A DNA stretch of 64,000 nucleotides. It comes from an uncultured Novosphingobium sp. (lineage in GTDB: Bacteria; Pseudomonadota; Alphaproteobacteria; Sphingomonadales; Sphingomonadaceae). The stretch is taken from NCBI GenBank assembly GCA_964609325.1, contig CAZSTP010000002.1:4984-68983 (forward strand). The letters run 5' to 3'. The translations under genes and the position numbers were made by a program. Within the stretch, counting starts at the first letter, position 1, and every line of letters starts with the position of its first letter. Shown here in pieces: positions 18,594-26,309 of this stretch. The notes beneath the pieces are model-generated. The model searched no databases. It was not told the origin of the DNA and saw only the letters and a list, made by a program, of their open reading frames with translations.

Positions 18594-18719
18594 TCTGACC
18601 CCTCTGCCCCCTCTGCCCCCTCTGCCCCCTCTACCCAAATAATAAAGAAAAAGTAATTCAGATAACGCTGACTACTCTTTATTGGGTAAGGGGGTCAGAG
18701 GGGTCAGAGGGGTCAGAGG
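18594..18719. repeat. Inverted 9-bp iteron arrays flanking an AT-rich core (putative replication origin)
   Basis: Left array: TCTGACCCC, TCTGCCCCC x3, TCTACCC (18594-18636). AT-rich spacer. Right array: GGGGTCAGA x3 (18691-18717). Lies immediately downstream of the primase-helicase stop at 18724. Confidence 0.8.
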
Positions 18720-18723
18720 CTGG

Positions 18724-21090
18724 TCACCCACCCTCCTCCGTCGCCGCCGCACTGGGCGAAGTCTCGAACAGCGCAGCCTCTTTTCCGGCGACGTCCACGC
18801 GGGCGATTTCTGCGCGCAAAGCTGTGATGTCGGCGTCCTTCCAAGCGGCACTATTTCGCACAGCATATGCGGTGACCTTCTGCCGGAACCCACTTGGCGT
18901 AGGCGTTTTGAAAGTCCGAAGCTGGACCAGACCGGCGCGTTGCAGCGCATAACGTTTGGCAGAACCGCGAGGCCGCTCCTCACCCATGGCCGTGTCGATC
19001 TCTTCGGACGTGATAACATCCACCGGCCAGTGCGCGGCAATATCGAATGCCACCTGTTCGCTGTCCGAACGAACCCGCGCCAAAAGGTTTGTCTTCGCCG
19101 CAGTCATGGGCGCCCTCATCCCGGGCTTGAACGACGAGATGTCCCGCTGCCGGAGGAACTCGGCCACAGATGCAATGAACACCGGATCGTCGCGCAGGCG
19201 ATAAAGGTCCCAGTAGTAGGCATCCGGCCTCGGATCGTCGTCGCACCGCACGACAACGAAGCGCCTGTCGGCATCTTCCAACGGGATAGCCGCCTCGCTG
19301 TTGGAAAAAATCAGCCAGCGGCACGCGTTCCACTCCACGTGTTGGCGTCCGTACTTCGGGTTGATCGTCCGGGTCTCTTCGGTAACGAGCTGCTTAAGGT
19401 CCTGCTGCATCTGATACTTGCGACTGCCATCGCCCTCGTCGATCTCGTCCACCACCGCGAGCAACTTTCCCGCCAGTACGCCATTGTAGCCGTCACGCAG
19501 CGTCCGGCCCAATGGAAACGACAGCGCCGCGTAGCCAACGAAGATGCGTCCGAGAATAGACGAGATGAGATTACGCCCCATGCCGGTTCGCGGCGCAATG
19601 TGGAGGAAGGCGATAGACGGCAGTTCGCCCGGCTTCTGCACCGCATGGGCGACCCAGTCCAAGAACAATGCTGTCTCAGCACCAAACAGCCACTCCACAT
19701 GGTCGATGAACGGCTGCGCCCAACGGTCCCAGTCGGCTGGTGGCGTGGTGGCGCGCAGCCCCCGCCACGTGTTCAGCGCGTTCCTGCCGTCGGGTGCTGA
19801 GGTTACGACCCCTGCACCCGCCCGAAAGGTTTGCGTAGCGACCGTGCGCCTTGTCGGGTTAGCCAACCATGCCTCGGCAAGCTTCTTGCGGATCGTACGT
19901 TTACCGCCGCCGCGAACCGACACTTCGGCCACGAACATGGAGGCGGCGGTGCTGACCTTGAAGTCGGCCTGCGACAGCACGTGACCCGGCCTTGTGGTGT
20001 CGGCGACCTGCGAGCCATCTTCGATCAGAACGCAGTCGCGCAGCATGGCGTCCAGCGACCAGATTTTTGTCTTGTCAGTTGGCCCCTCGGCGACGGCCAG
20101 ATCACGCTCGCGCTCCCGTTCATGCTTGCGGGCATGCATGGCAACTTCATCATCGCTCAGCGCCCGCTCAATCGCTCGACGGGCTGCGCGCTCCGGATCG
20201 GCTTCGTCCAGACAATGCGCGCTGATGCCGTTGACGCCGTTCAACAATACGCCCGCCACCTGCTGCTGCGTCAAACCTTCACGAAGGGCCTCGCAAGCGA
20301 AATGGAACACATCCTTGCTGCGATCCATCCCGTCGGGCTCCTCGATGATGCGCCGCAAGTAGCTTTCCTCCGGCAGGCCAATGTCGTCGGCTGTTAGCAA
20401 CTGTACGTCGCCCAACGCGACACTGGCACGCGCTACTTGTGCCTTCTCAGCGGGCGGCGGGAAGGCCACCTGCAACTGCGACACGTCGCTGACTGTGCCG
20501 TCGTCGGGTACATAGATGCATGACAACTTAGCTTTTCGCCCAATGCTGCGCTTGCGCTCGTCCGGCCAGTTGATAGTGCCCGGTACGCGAAGCAGGCGCG
20601 ACGCGTCGTGTGTGCCCGTGTCGCCGCCCAGAGCCTTGATGAGGCCACGGTTGATCGCCTCGACCTCGTCGACGCTGACGCCCTTCGTGAGCCGCCAGAG
20701 GCCTTGCCAGCCGTTTCCAGACCAATTGATGGTGCTAGGACCCGCCGCCTCCAACCGGCTATACGCGGCCTCGCCGTCTTCCGTTGTGAATGCCGCGCAC
20801 CCCTTGGGGGGATCGATGTCGACGTGGGCGAAACGGACGCCGATGACGTCTGCCTTGGTCGGTTTCGCGTTCACGCCGTCGCACACGCGATTGACTGTGT
20901 AGTAGACGTTGAAGCCTTCAGCGTTCTTTTCCGAAGCCCATACAACTGCAGCGTTGACGTCTGTGCCGAAGTCTTTGCCCTCGGGGGGGCGCTGCTTCTT
21001 TGGATCGATGACTGTCAGGTGGATCTGCTCCGCTATCGTTTTTTCGAAGAACTCACGGACATCGTCTGATTTCTGCTCGGGGGCGCTCAT
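18724..21090 (-). CDS. Primase-helicase: N-terminal RepB-like (AEP) primase, C-terminal DUF5906/NrS-1-type helicase
   Basis: Primase motifs VYYTVN, HVDID, SGNGWQGLW, DASRLLRVPGT, DRS. Helicase motifs GMGRN (atypical Walker A), VVDEI (Walker B), INPKY, IFSN. Confidence 0.82.
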   Translation of the reverse strand: MSAPEQKSDDVREFFEKTIAEQIHLTVIDPKKQRPPEGKDFGTDVNAAVVWASEKNAEGFNVYYTVNRVCDGVNAKPTKADVIGVRFAHVDIDPPKGCAAFTTEDGEAAYSRLEAAGPSTINWSGNGWQGLWRLTKGVSVDEVEAINRGLIKALGGDTGTHDASRLLRVPGTINWPDERKRSIGRKAKLSCIYVPDDGTVSDVSQLQVAFPPPAEKAQVARASVALGDVQLLTADDIGLPEESYLRRIIEEPDGMDRSKDVFHFACEALREGLTQQQVAGVLLNGVNGISAHCLDEADPERAARRAIERALSDDEVAMHARKHERERERDLAVAEGPTDKTKIWSLDAMLRDCVLIEDGSQVADTTRPGHVLSQADFKVSTAASMFVAEVSVRGGGKRTIRKKLAEAWLANPTRRTVATQTFRAGAGVVTSAPDGRNALNTWRGLRATTPPADWDRWAQPFIDHVEWLFGAETALFLDWVAHAVQKPGELPSIAFLHIAPRTGMGRNLISSILGRIFVGYAALSFPLGRTLRDGYNGVLAGKLLAVVDEIDEGDGSRKYQMQQDLKQLVTEETRTINPKYGRQHVEWNACRWLIFSNSEAAIPLEDADRRFVVVRCDDDPRPDAYYWDLYRLRDDPVFIASVAEFLRQRDISSFKPGMRAPMTAAKTNLLARVRSDSEQVAFDIAAHWPVDVITSEEIDTAMGEERPRGSAKRYALQRAGLVQLRTFKTPTPSGFRQKVTAYAVRNSAAWKDADITALRAEIARVDVAGKEAALFETSPSAAATEEGG

Positions 21091-21341
21091 GACGCACCTA
21101 CTGCGCGCAAGCCGCCCAATTGCATGGCCTTCCGAAGATACGGCGCTGACGCCTCCGCTAACTCATGCGACAAGTCCTCAATTTCCGCCCACGGGGGAAG
21201 CGTGGGATACCAACGATAGCCCACAGTATGGTGGCCGTCGTTTTCGCGAACCAAGATCTCAACAGCGTACTTGGGCGTAATACGAGCGCGGCCTCGCATG
21301 ACGGCACGGTGGTGCTCATCGTTGATATAGGCTATATGCAT
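21087..21341 (-). CDS. Small hypothetical protein of the mobile element
   Basis: ATG 21341 behind GGAG; its stop overlaps the primase start (ATGA). Confidence 0.55.
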   Translation of the reverse strand: MHIAYINDEHHRAVMRGRARITPKYAVEILVRENDGHHTVGYRWYPTLPPWAEIEDLSHELAEASAPYLRKAMQLGGLRAVGAS

Positions 21342-21352
21342 GTCAGGTCTCC

Positions 21353-21395
21353 AAGGGGCGGTGTCGGTTGGGCCTGCACCGCCCCTTTTCATTTT
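21353..21395 (+). terminator. Hairpin with a T-tract on the strand antisense to the element genes
   Basis: AAGGGGCGGTG-N13-CACCGCCCCTT followed by TTCATTTT on the plus strand. Confidence 0.5.
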
Positions 21396-21410
21396 GGATT
21401 GTGCGGCTGG

Positions 21411-21626
21411 TCAGGCTACGCTTTGCGCTGCGCTAACGGCGCTGGTTGACGACACGAGGCGGCTTTCCAGCCAGCTGTCGAGATCGTTGCGGCGGTAGCG
21501 CACAGCTCCGCCAAGTTTCGCGAAGAACGGGCCTTCACCCGTCAACCTAAACCGCTCCAAAGTGGGCTTTCCGAGACGCACATACTGCGCCGCCTCGGTC
21601 GTCGTCATGATATCGGTGGTCATCAT
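21411..21626 (-). CDS. AlpA/excisionase-like helix-turn-helix protein
   Basis: 71 aa; MTTTEAAQYVRLGKPTLERFR...GP.F.KLGGAVRYRRNDLDSWL. Confidence 0.88.
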   Translation of the reverse strand: MMTTDIMTTTEAAQYVRLGKPTLERFRLTGEGPFFAKLGGAVRYRRNDLDSWLESRLVSSTSAVSAAQSVA

Positions 21627-21722
21627 CGGTTGCCTCCTATCTGTTTGGCAACCACTTCTCTTAATCAGGCTTTTTCGGAAATATACGCGAGTTATTTGCG
21701 CAAAAAATTCGCGTTGCCTGTA

Positions 21723-22283
21723 TCACTTCCCTCGACGCGTACCCGGGTCGCGCCGGGGCACCCTATCGAGGTGTTCCTTTAGTGCGTTTAGTTGCTCAGG
21801 GTTGGCCTGTGCCCATGCTGCCCCCATTTCAGTCAATACATGAGCCTCGGGGCCCTCCTTCACGTACTTTGCCCGCCCTTTCGAGACCGTCGAAGCCTTG
21901 CCAGCGTACCCTGCCTCGGCACCGACGGCGTTGGCGGTGATATTGTAGGCTTCCTCGGAGCCTATACCCAACGCACCTTGAAGAAACGCCGCATTTGGAT
22001 GAGCAACGCGTTCGGTGAATTTCGTCATGACCTTTGTCGGAAGCGCACCCGGCCCGTCAAGCCGACGCAACGCAACCCGTGCCGCGAGAACCTGTATCGT
22101 TGTCGGCAACGGCACGCCCTCACTGGTCAGCCTCCAGACCATAAGGTCCACCCAGTTGTCATCTTCGTCTTTGACGAATTCGTCTATATGCTCGAGCATC
22201 TCAAGGCCAAGCGCTGTACCTGCAAAAACTCCCAGCTCGCGCTCCAACTGCTCGACCAATGTTTCTCCTTGCCTTTCAGTCAT
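21723..22283 (-). CDS. Hypothetical protein, translationally coupled to the integrase
   Basis: ATG 22283 overlaps the integrase stop (ATGA); 186 aa with no motif I recognise. Confidence 0.6.
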   Translation of the reverse strand: MTERQGETLVEQLERELGVFAGTALGLEMLEHIDEFVKDEDDNWVDLMVWRLTSEGVPLPTTIQVLAARVALRRLDGPGALPTKVMTKFTERVAHPNAAFLQGALGIGSEEAYNITANAVGAEAGYAGKASTVSKGRAKYVKEGPEAHVLTEMGAAWAQANPEQLNALKEHLDRVPRRDPGTRRGK

Positions 22284-23587
22284 GCCCGTACCTCCAGCCG
22301 CACGATATTCGTCCGGTTTATAACGGCCTTCAGCCCCTCGACATGGGCAGACCATGCCTCCAATGCGCTGCGTTTCTCGGCAGCCCAGTCGTGGCGCTGG
22401 TAGACACCGGCCACGCCGCCCTTTGCACCGCTCACGTGGTTTAACACTGCCTCCGTTACTTCGAACCGAACGCCCAGCCTTTGTAGGCCTGTAGCCACCG
22501 TGCGCCGCAGGTCGTGTACTCGCCAATCTGGTAGCGTGCCTCCATCGTGCGCAGCAGCGATTGTATCGTCCAACGCCCGCTTCGCCTTGCTGAAGCCAGA
22601 AATAGAGTTCCTGCCCGTGGTAGTAAGGACATAGCCATTCTGCGGCCACTCACGGCCACCAGCCAAGCCATCCAGTTCCGCAATAGCAGCCTTCGATAGC
22701 GGTACAATGTGAGCGCTCCCGTTTTTTGCCCGATGGGCTGGGATGGTCCATACGCCAGCGCCACGGTCAAGTTCTGCCCAACAGGCACCCGCAACTTCCG
22801 ATTTGCGCTGCCCGGTTAGGATTAGCAGCCGATATAATGGCCCCCACGGCGCGGACAGGCTTTCGGAGGCAGTCCAGACAGACAGCAATTCTGCGTCCTC
22901 CAGCACTCTGTCCCGCGCGGCTGGCGCCTCAGGCTTGTCCATGGACAACAAAGGGTTTGCCGAGACGTACCGGCGCTTCATCGCCCAATTAAATAAGACA
23001 GAGGCATACGCAAACACGTTGCGGCGCATGGCGCGTTGCTGAACCGGGATTGCGTCAATAACAGCTTGAAGATCCGCATACTCGATGTGCGGCATGGGTT
23101 TGGTGCCCAACGCAGGCTTCAGGTGCCGCCTCACGACCATCTCTGCCATGTTCACGCTTGACGGCCTTCGGCCCTTCTCTAGCTCGTAGTGCTGCAGCCA
23201 AAGATCGGCCAACCGAGTGAACGCAAGATCAGCCTCGACGCGCTCCCGCTCTTGACGCTTGCGCACAGCCTCGTCCTTCGCTGCCAGTAACTCTGCTTCC
23301 TGCTCGCGCGGATCTGTGCCTGCCGCGACCATAGCGGCCAACTCCTGAGCCCGCTTGCGCGCTTGATCAGGCGTTAGTTCGCCGTGCCTACCGATAGTGT
23401 ACTTCTTGGGAGCCGTCTGAGATGCCTGCCCTCGCCGGGCTATGCGGTATCGATATAGATATACCTTGCCGCCCGCTGGAGTGACTTTCAAGCCGAAGCC
23501 CGGCAAACGATCATCCCAATAGGTCTCGTCACGATCGCTCGGCTGGACGCCATCGACAGAAACCTTGCTGATCTTGATCTTCGCCAT
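22280..23587 (-). CDS. Tyrosine recombinase/integrase with N-terminal arm-DNA-binding domain (P4-like)
   Basis: N-terminal YWDDRLPGFGLKV; catalytic residues appear intact: TGQR, HDLRRT, LNH, GVY. Confidence 0.95.
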   Translation of the reverse strand: MAKIKISKVSVDGVQPSDRDETYWDDRLPGFGLKVTPAGGKVYLYRYRIARRGQASQTAPKKYTIGRHGELTPDQARKRAQELAAMVAAGTDPREQEAELLAAKDEAVRKRQERERVEADLAFTRLADLWLQHYELEKGRRPSSVNMAEMVVRRHLKPALGTKPMPHIEYADLQAVIDAIPVQQRAMRRNVFAYASVLFNWAMKRRYVSANPLLSMDKPEAPAARDRVLEDAELLSVWTASESLSAPWGPLYRLLILTGQRKSEVAGACWAELDRGAGVWTIPAHRAKNGSAHIVPLSKAAIAELDGLAGGREWPQNGYVLTTTGRNSISGFSKAKRALDDTIAAAHDGGTLPDWRVHDLRRTVATGLQRLGVRFEVTEAVLNHVSGAKGGVAGVYQRHDWAAEKRSALEAWSAHVEGLKAVINRTNIVRLEVRA

Positions 23588-23618
23588 AGCAACCTTCGCT
23601 CTTACGCCTGCACACCTC

Positions 23619-23640
23619 AGGCATCAGATAGGCATCAGAT
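23619..23640. repeat. Tandem 11-bp direct repeat, probable integrase arm-type sites
   Basis: AGGCATCAGAT twice, exact, between the integrase start and the att core. Confidence 0.6.
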
Positions 23641-23741
23641 CAGATCATAGCAACGACAATTTCCGATACTCTGGGATAACAAGATCGTAGGTATTTAGGC
23701 AATTTCCTAAAAATGATGCTAGCTACACACAGTTATGCCAG

Positions 23742-23789
23742 TGATTTGTAATCAGGGGGCCAGGGGTTCGAATCCTCTAGCCGGCACCA
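23742..23789 (+). pseudogene. 3' fragment of tRNA-Thr(TGT), probable att site
   Basis: TGA-TTTGTAA-TCAGG, T-arm AGGGG-TTCGAAT-CCTCT, acceptor 3' strand AGCCGGC-A-CCA. No 5' acceptor strand or D-arm upstream, and the anticodon stem pairs over only 3 bp. Confidence 0.85.
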
Positions 23790-23811
23790 TCGCCTCGATT
23801 GCTTGACTTCG

Positions 23812-24951
23812 CTATTTCCAGATCGCGCGGGGCATGCGGAAAGGCAGCATTCCCTGCACAATGGTTGAACGGAACCGGTTGAGCGACAGGCTTTCATGCA
23901 CCGCTTCGACATTCTCGCCAAACAGCCGCGTCGAAAGCTTTGATCGCGCATAGAACGGGGCATCGACCCAGGTTTTGGCGACACGCGGCACATATCCCCG
24001 GTCAGCCCGGGTAAGGCGTTCGATCAGCCACGCGCTGCGGGGCAGACGTGCCGGGGCGGGCTGTTCGATATCGTGCCAGTTGCCCATCCGATCCAAACGC
24101 AGCGCCAGATCGAAAGGCGTGCCATCGCGCCGCTTGCCTTCGTAAAGCACCGCCACATCATTGCGCAGATGCGCACGCGACCAGTGCCAGTCGTTGAAAC
24201 CGTCTTCCAGCGCCTCATCGCCAAAATTGGAATCGAAATAGCCTGCGCCCGACCAGCGTAGGCCCGGGTCTGTCATCGAGACCTCGACATGGGCGCGCGG
24301 TGCCACGGGATGCCAGCGATGACGCCCTTCGGGATCAAGCGCAAAGGCCGTGTCGCCGATCATTTCGGGGCGCACCCGGATCGTGCCGCGCACTTTGTAG
24401 GGCAGCGGGGAGGAAACCTCGGCAATGTCGATCACCAGTGTTTCACCGTCCCAACGCATGGCGCTGGGGCCGACCGAGAAATGGTGCTTGGCACGATCAA
24501 CATCGCGCGCGGTACGCTCTGTCATCGCCCAAGCCGATCCGCGCGGACCATTGAGTGATATGTTGATGGCGCAATGGTTGTCGGGGCTGTGTCGCCCGCT
24601 AAGCTTGTAATACGGCGAAAAAACGCTGCCGACAAAGGCGATCACCGTCAGGCCATAAGCACCATCTGCACTGGTCGCATCAATATACCACCAGGCGTAG
24701 CCCCCCGGCGCAACCGCGCAATCAAAGCGTGGCCCTTGAGCCACCATACGGCGGCTGGTCGGACAGCGGACATAGGGCTCCTCACTTTGACGCAGCAGCA
24801 TCCAGGGATCCGTCGCCCGTTGGGGCGCGGGTTCGAGCACGCCGCCAACACGGGCAAGGCCGGTCCACAACGGGCTCCACCCTTCCAGAGAAACAGGCTC
24901 GCGTCGGACCGTCCGTGCAGCGAAATCGTGTTGAGCATAGTGCGCTTCCAT
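23812..24951 (-). CDS. crtC: Carotenoid 1,2-hydratase (hydroxyneurosporene synthase)
   Basis: GGYAWWYIDA, IAFVGSVFSPYY, HRWHP, GYFDSNFG, WHWSR, APFYARS, HESLSL.RF. Start uncertain (24951 or 24747). Confidence 0.85.
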   Translation of the reverse strand: MEAHYAQHDFAARTVRREPVSLEGWSPLWTGLARVGGVLEPAPQRATDPWMLLRQSEEPYVRCPTSRRMVAQGPRFDCAVAPGGYAWWYIDATSADGAYGLTVIAFVGSVFSPYYKLSGRHSPDNHCAINISLNGPRGSAWAMTERTARDVDRAKHHFSVGPSAMRWDGETLVIDIAEVSSPLPYKVRGTIRVRPEMIGDTAFALDPEGRHRWHPVAPRAHVEVSMTDPGLRWSGAGYFDSNFGDEALEDGFNDWHWSRAHLRNDVAVLYEGKRRDGTPFDLALRLDRMGNWHDIEQPAPARLPRSAWLIERLTRADRGYVPRVAKTWVDAPFYARSKLSTRLFGENVEAVHESLSLNRFRSTIVQGMLPFRMPRAIWK

Positions 24952-25057
24952 GTCCCGTTCCCCGCTCCAGCCATTCCATTGGCAACGCCTGACGACGGAC
25001 GATAGCCCGCACAGCAATGGCACCTTGCTCAAACGCCCGTTGACGCCATGCCGACTA

Positions 25058-25101
25058 TGTCCATTTTATTGGACATATACAACTGTCTAAATTTTTGGAT
25101 T
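25058..25101. promoter_or_regulatory. Paired PpsR/CrtJ-type boxes upstream of crtC
   Basis: TGTCCATTTTATTGGACA (25058-25075, TGT-N12-ACA), an 8-bp spacer, then degenerate TGTCTAAATTTTTGGATT (25084-25101). Confidence 0.75.
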
Positions 25102-25169
25102 ATGAGTCCGGTTATCATTGCGCAATTCTCATCGCTTGCCGCTGATGATGCGCCCGTTGCGCAGGGTTC

Positions 25170-26309
25170 CTATGGAGCCCCGTCCTCGTACCAACCCACA
25201 TCACGCGTGGCGACTTCCCCAAATGGCACCCGCTCGGCCATGGCCATGCGCAGGATCGGCCATGAGGTGAACATCATGCTAAGGAACGGCCAGGGATCGG
25301 ATGAATCCCAACTCACATCGCGCGTGGTGAACAATCGGGCAAGTTGGTCTTTGAAACCCTTGCGACGGAACATGGCCAATTGGGCTTCGGTCAAGCAGGC
25401 GTAGAATTGTTGCAAGTGCCGTTGGGGACGGACGCGTACCATCGCTTTGCCCAAGGGATCAAGCACGGCGCGGGCGATATCCTCGGCTTCCCAGAAGTGC
25501 AGGCCGCTGGTGGCGCGGGGGTTGCATTCGATGCCCCACACTGTGCCCGTGGCATCGACGATGAAATCGAAGGCGATGAAACCGCTCCACCCCGATGCGG
25601 TCACAAATGCCTCGATCCACGCGCTGATTGCGGGGCTCTCGACGCGCTCGAAACTGATGGCGACCGAACCTGCCATCACCCTGCCCCGATACACCATCGT
25701 GGCCACCGCGCGGCCATCGCGCGCGATGGTGCAACTGCTGAATTCGTGCCCCGCGATAAAGCGTTGTGCGACAGCCGGGGCGGCAGGATCGGCCTCGGGC
25801 AGAGCCACGCCTTTCACCAAGATGCGCACTCCGCGTCCCGAACAGGAAAACACTGGTTTGACCACCACATCGCTGCCTTGAGCCAATGCGGAAGCCTCCG
25901 GTGTACCCAGAGCGTACGTTTCGGGCACCGTAAGCCCTATCGCCCGCGCGGCCTCGATAAACCCGGCCTTGTCATGCAGCGCGACCACCTGCTCGGGCGG
26001 CATCGTGAACACGCGGACGCCGGGACCGAAAAGTTCACGTGCATGGGCCACGTGCATGGTCTCTTCGGAAACCGGCACGACCAGCTCGACGCATTCATCC
26101 GCTACGATCTTTGCGATGGCAGCATGATAGGCTGCCTTGCCCGCGCTGGGCGGCGGCACTGCGAATTCGCGCGCGACATGGCGCGATGCTCCCGTCAGTG
26201 TCCGGCCAAACGGATCAGCCACCAGTACCCGGCATCCGGCGCGGCTGAAGCCCCTTGCCAGATCAAGCGCCTTGGGCAAGCGTCCCAGCGTCAGCAAAAC
26301 AGTAGTCAT
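25170..26309 (-). CDS. ATP-grasp fold enzyme
   Basis: Start ATG 26309 overlaps the P450 stop (ATGA). LVVPVSEE, HDK..F, VVKPVFSCSGRGV, QRFIAG.E, FDFI, IECNPRATSG. Confidence 0.85.
   Translation of the reverse strand: MTTVLLTLGRLPKALDLARGFSRAGCRVLVADPFGRTLTGASRHVAREFAVPPPSAGKAAYHAAIAKIVADECVELVVPVSEETMHVAHARELFGPGVRVFTMPPEQVVALHDKAGFIEAARAIGLTVPETYALGTPEASALAQGSDVVVKPVFSCSGRGVRILVKGVALPEADPAAPAVAQRFIAGHEFSSCTIARDGRAVATMVYRGRVMAGSVAISFERVESPAISAWIEAFVTASGWSGFIAFDFIVDATGTVWGIECNPRATSGLHFWEAEDIARAVLDPLGKAMVRVRPQRHLQQFYACLTEAQLAMFRRKGFKDQLARLFTTRDVSWDSSDPWPFLSMMFTSWPILRMAMAERVPFGEVATRDVGWYEDGAP

Larger units (their letters stand above)
18594..23789 (-). mobile_element. Satellite-like integrative element (int - hyp - alpA - hyp - primase/helicase - ori); left end not found
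   Basis: Co-oriented integrase, AlpA and primase-helicase, with iterons and a tRNA fragment. No capsid, tail or relaxase genes. Confidence 0.75.

Noticed and set aside
18594-18719. CRISPR array
   Set aside because: The units are 9-bp tandem repeats with no spacers, and there are no cas genes.
23700-23789. Functional tRNA-Thr gene
   Set aside because: The 5' acceptor strand and D-arm are missing and the anticodon stem pairs over only 3 bp; treated as an att remnant.
17677-23789. Complete prophage or ICE
   Set aside because: No capsid, terminase, tail, lysis, relaxase or type IV secretion genes are present.
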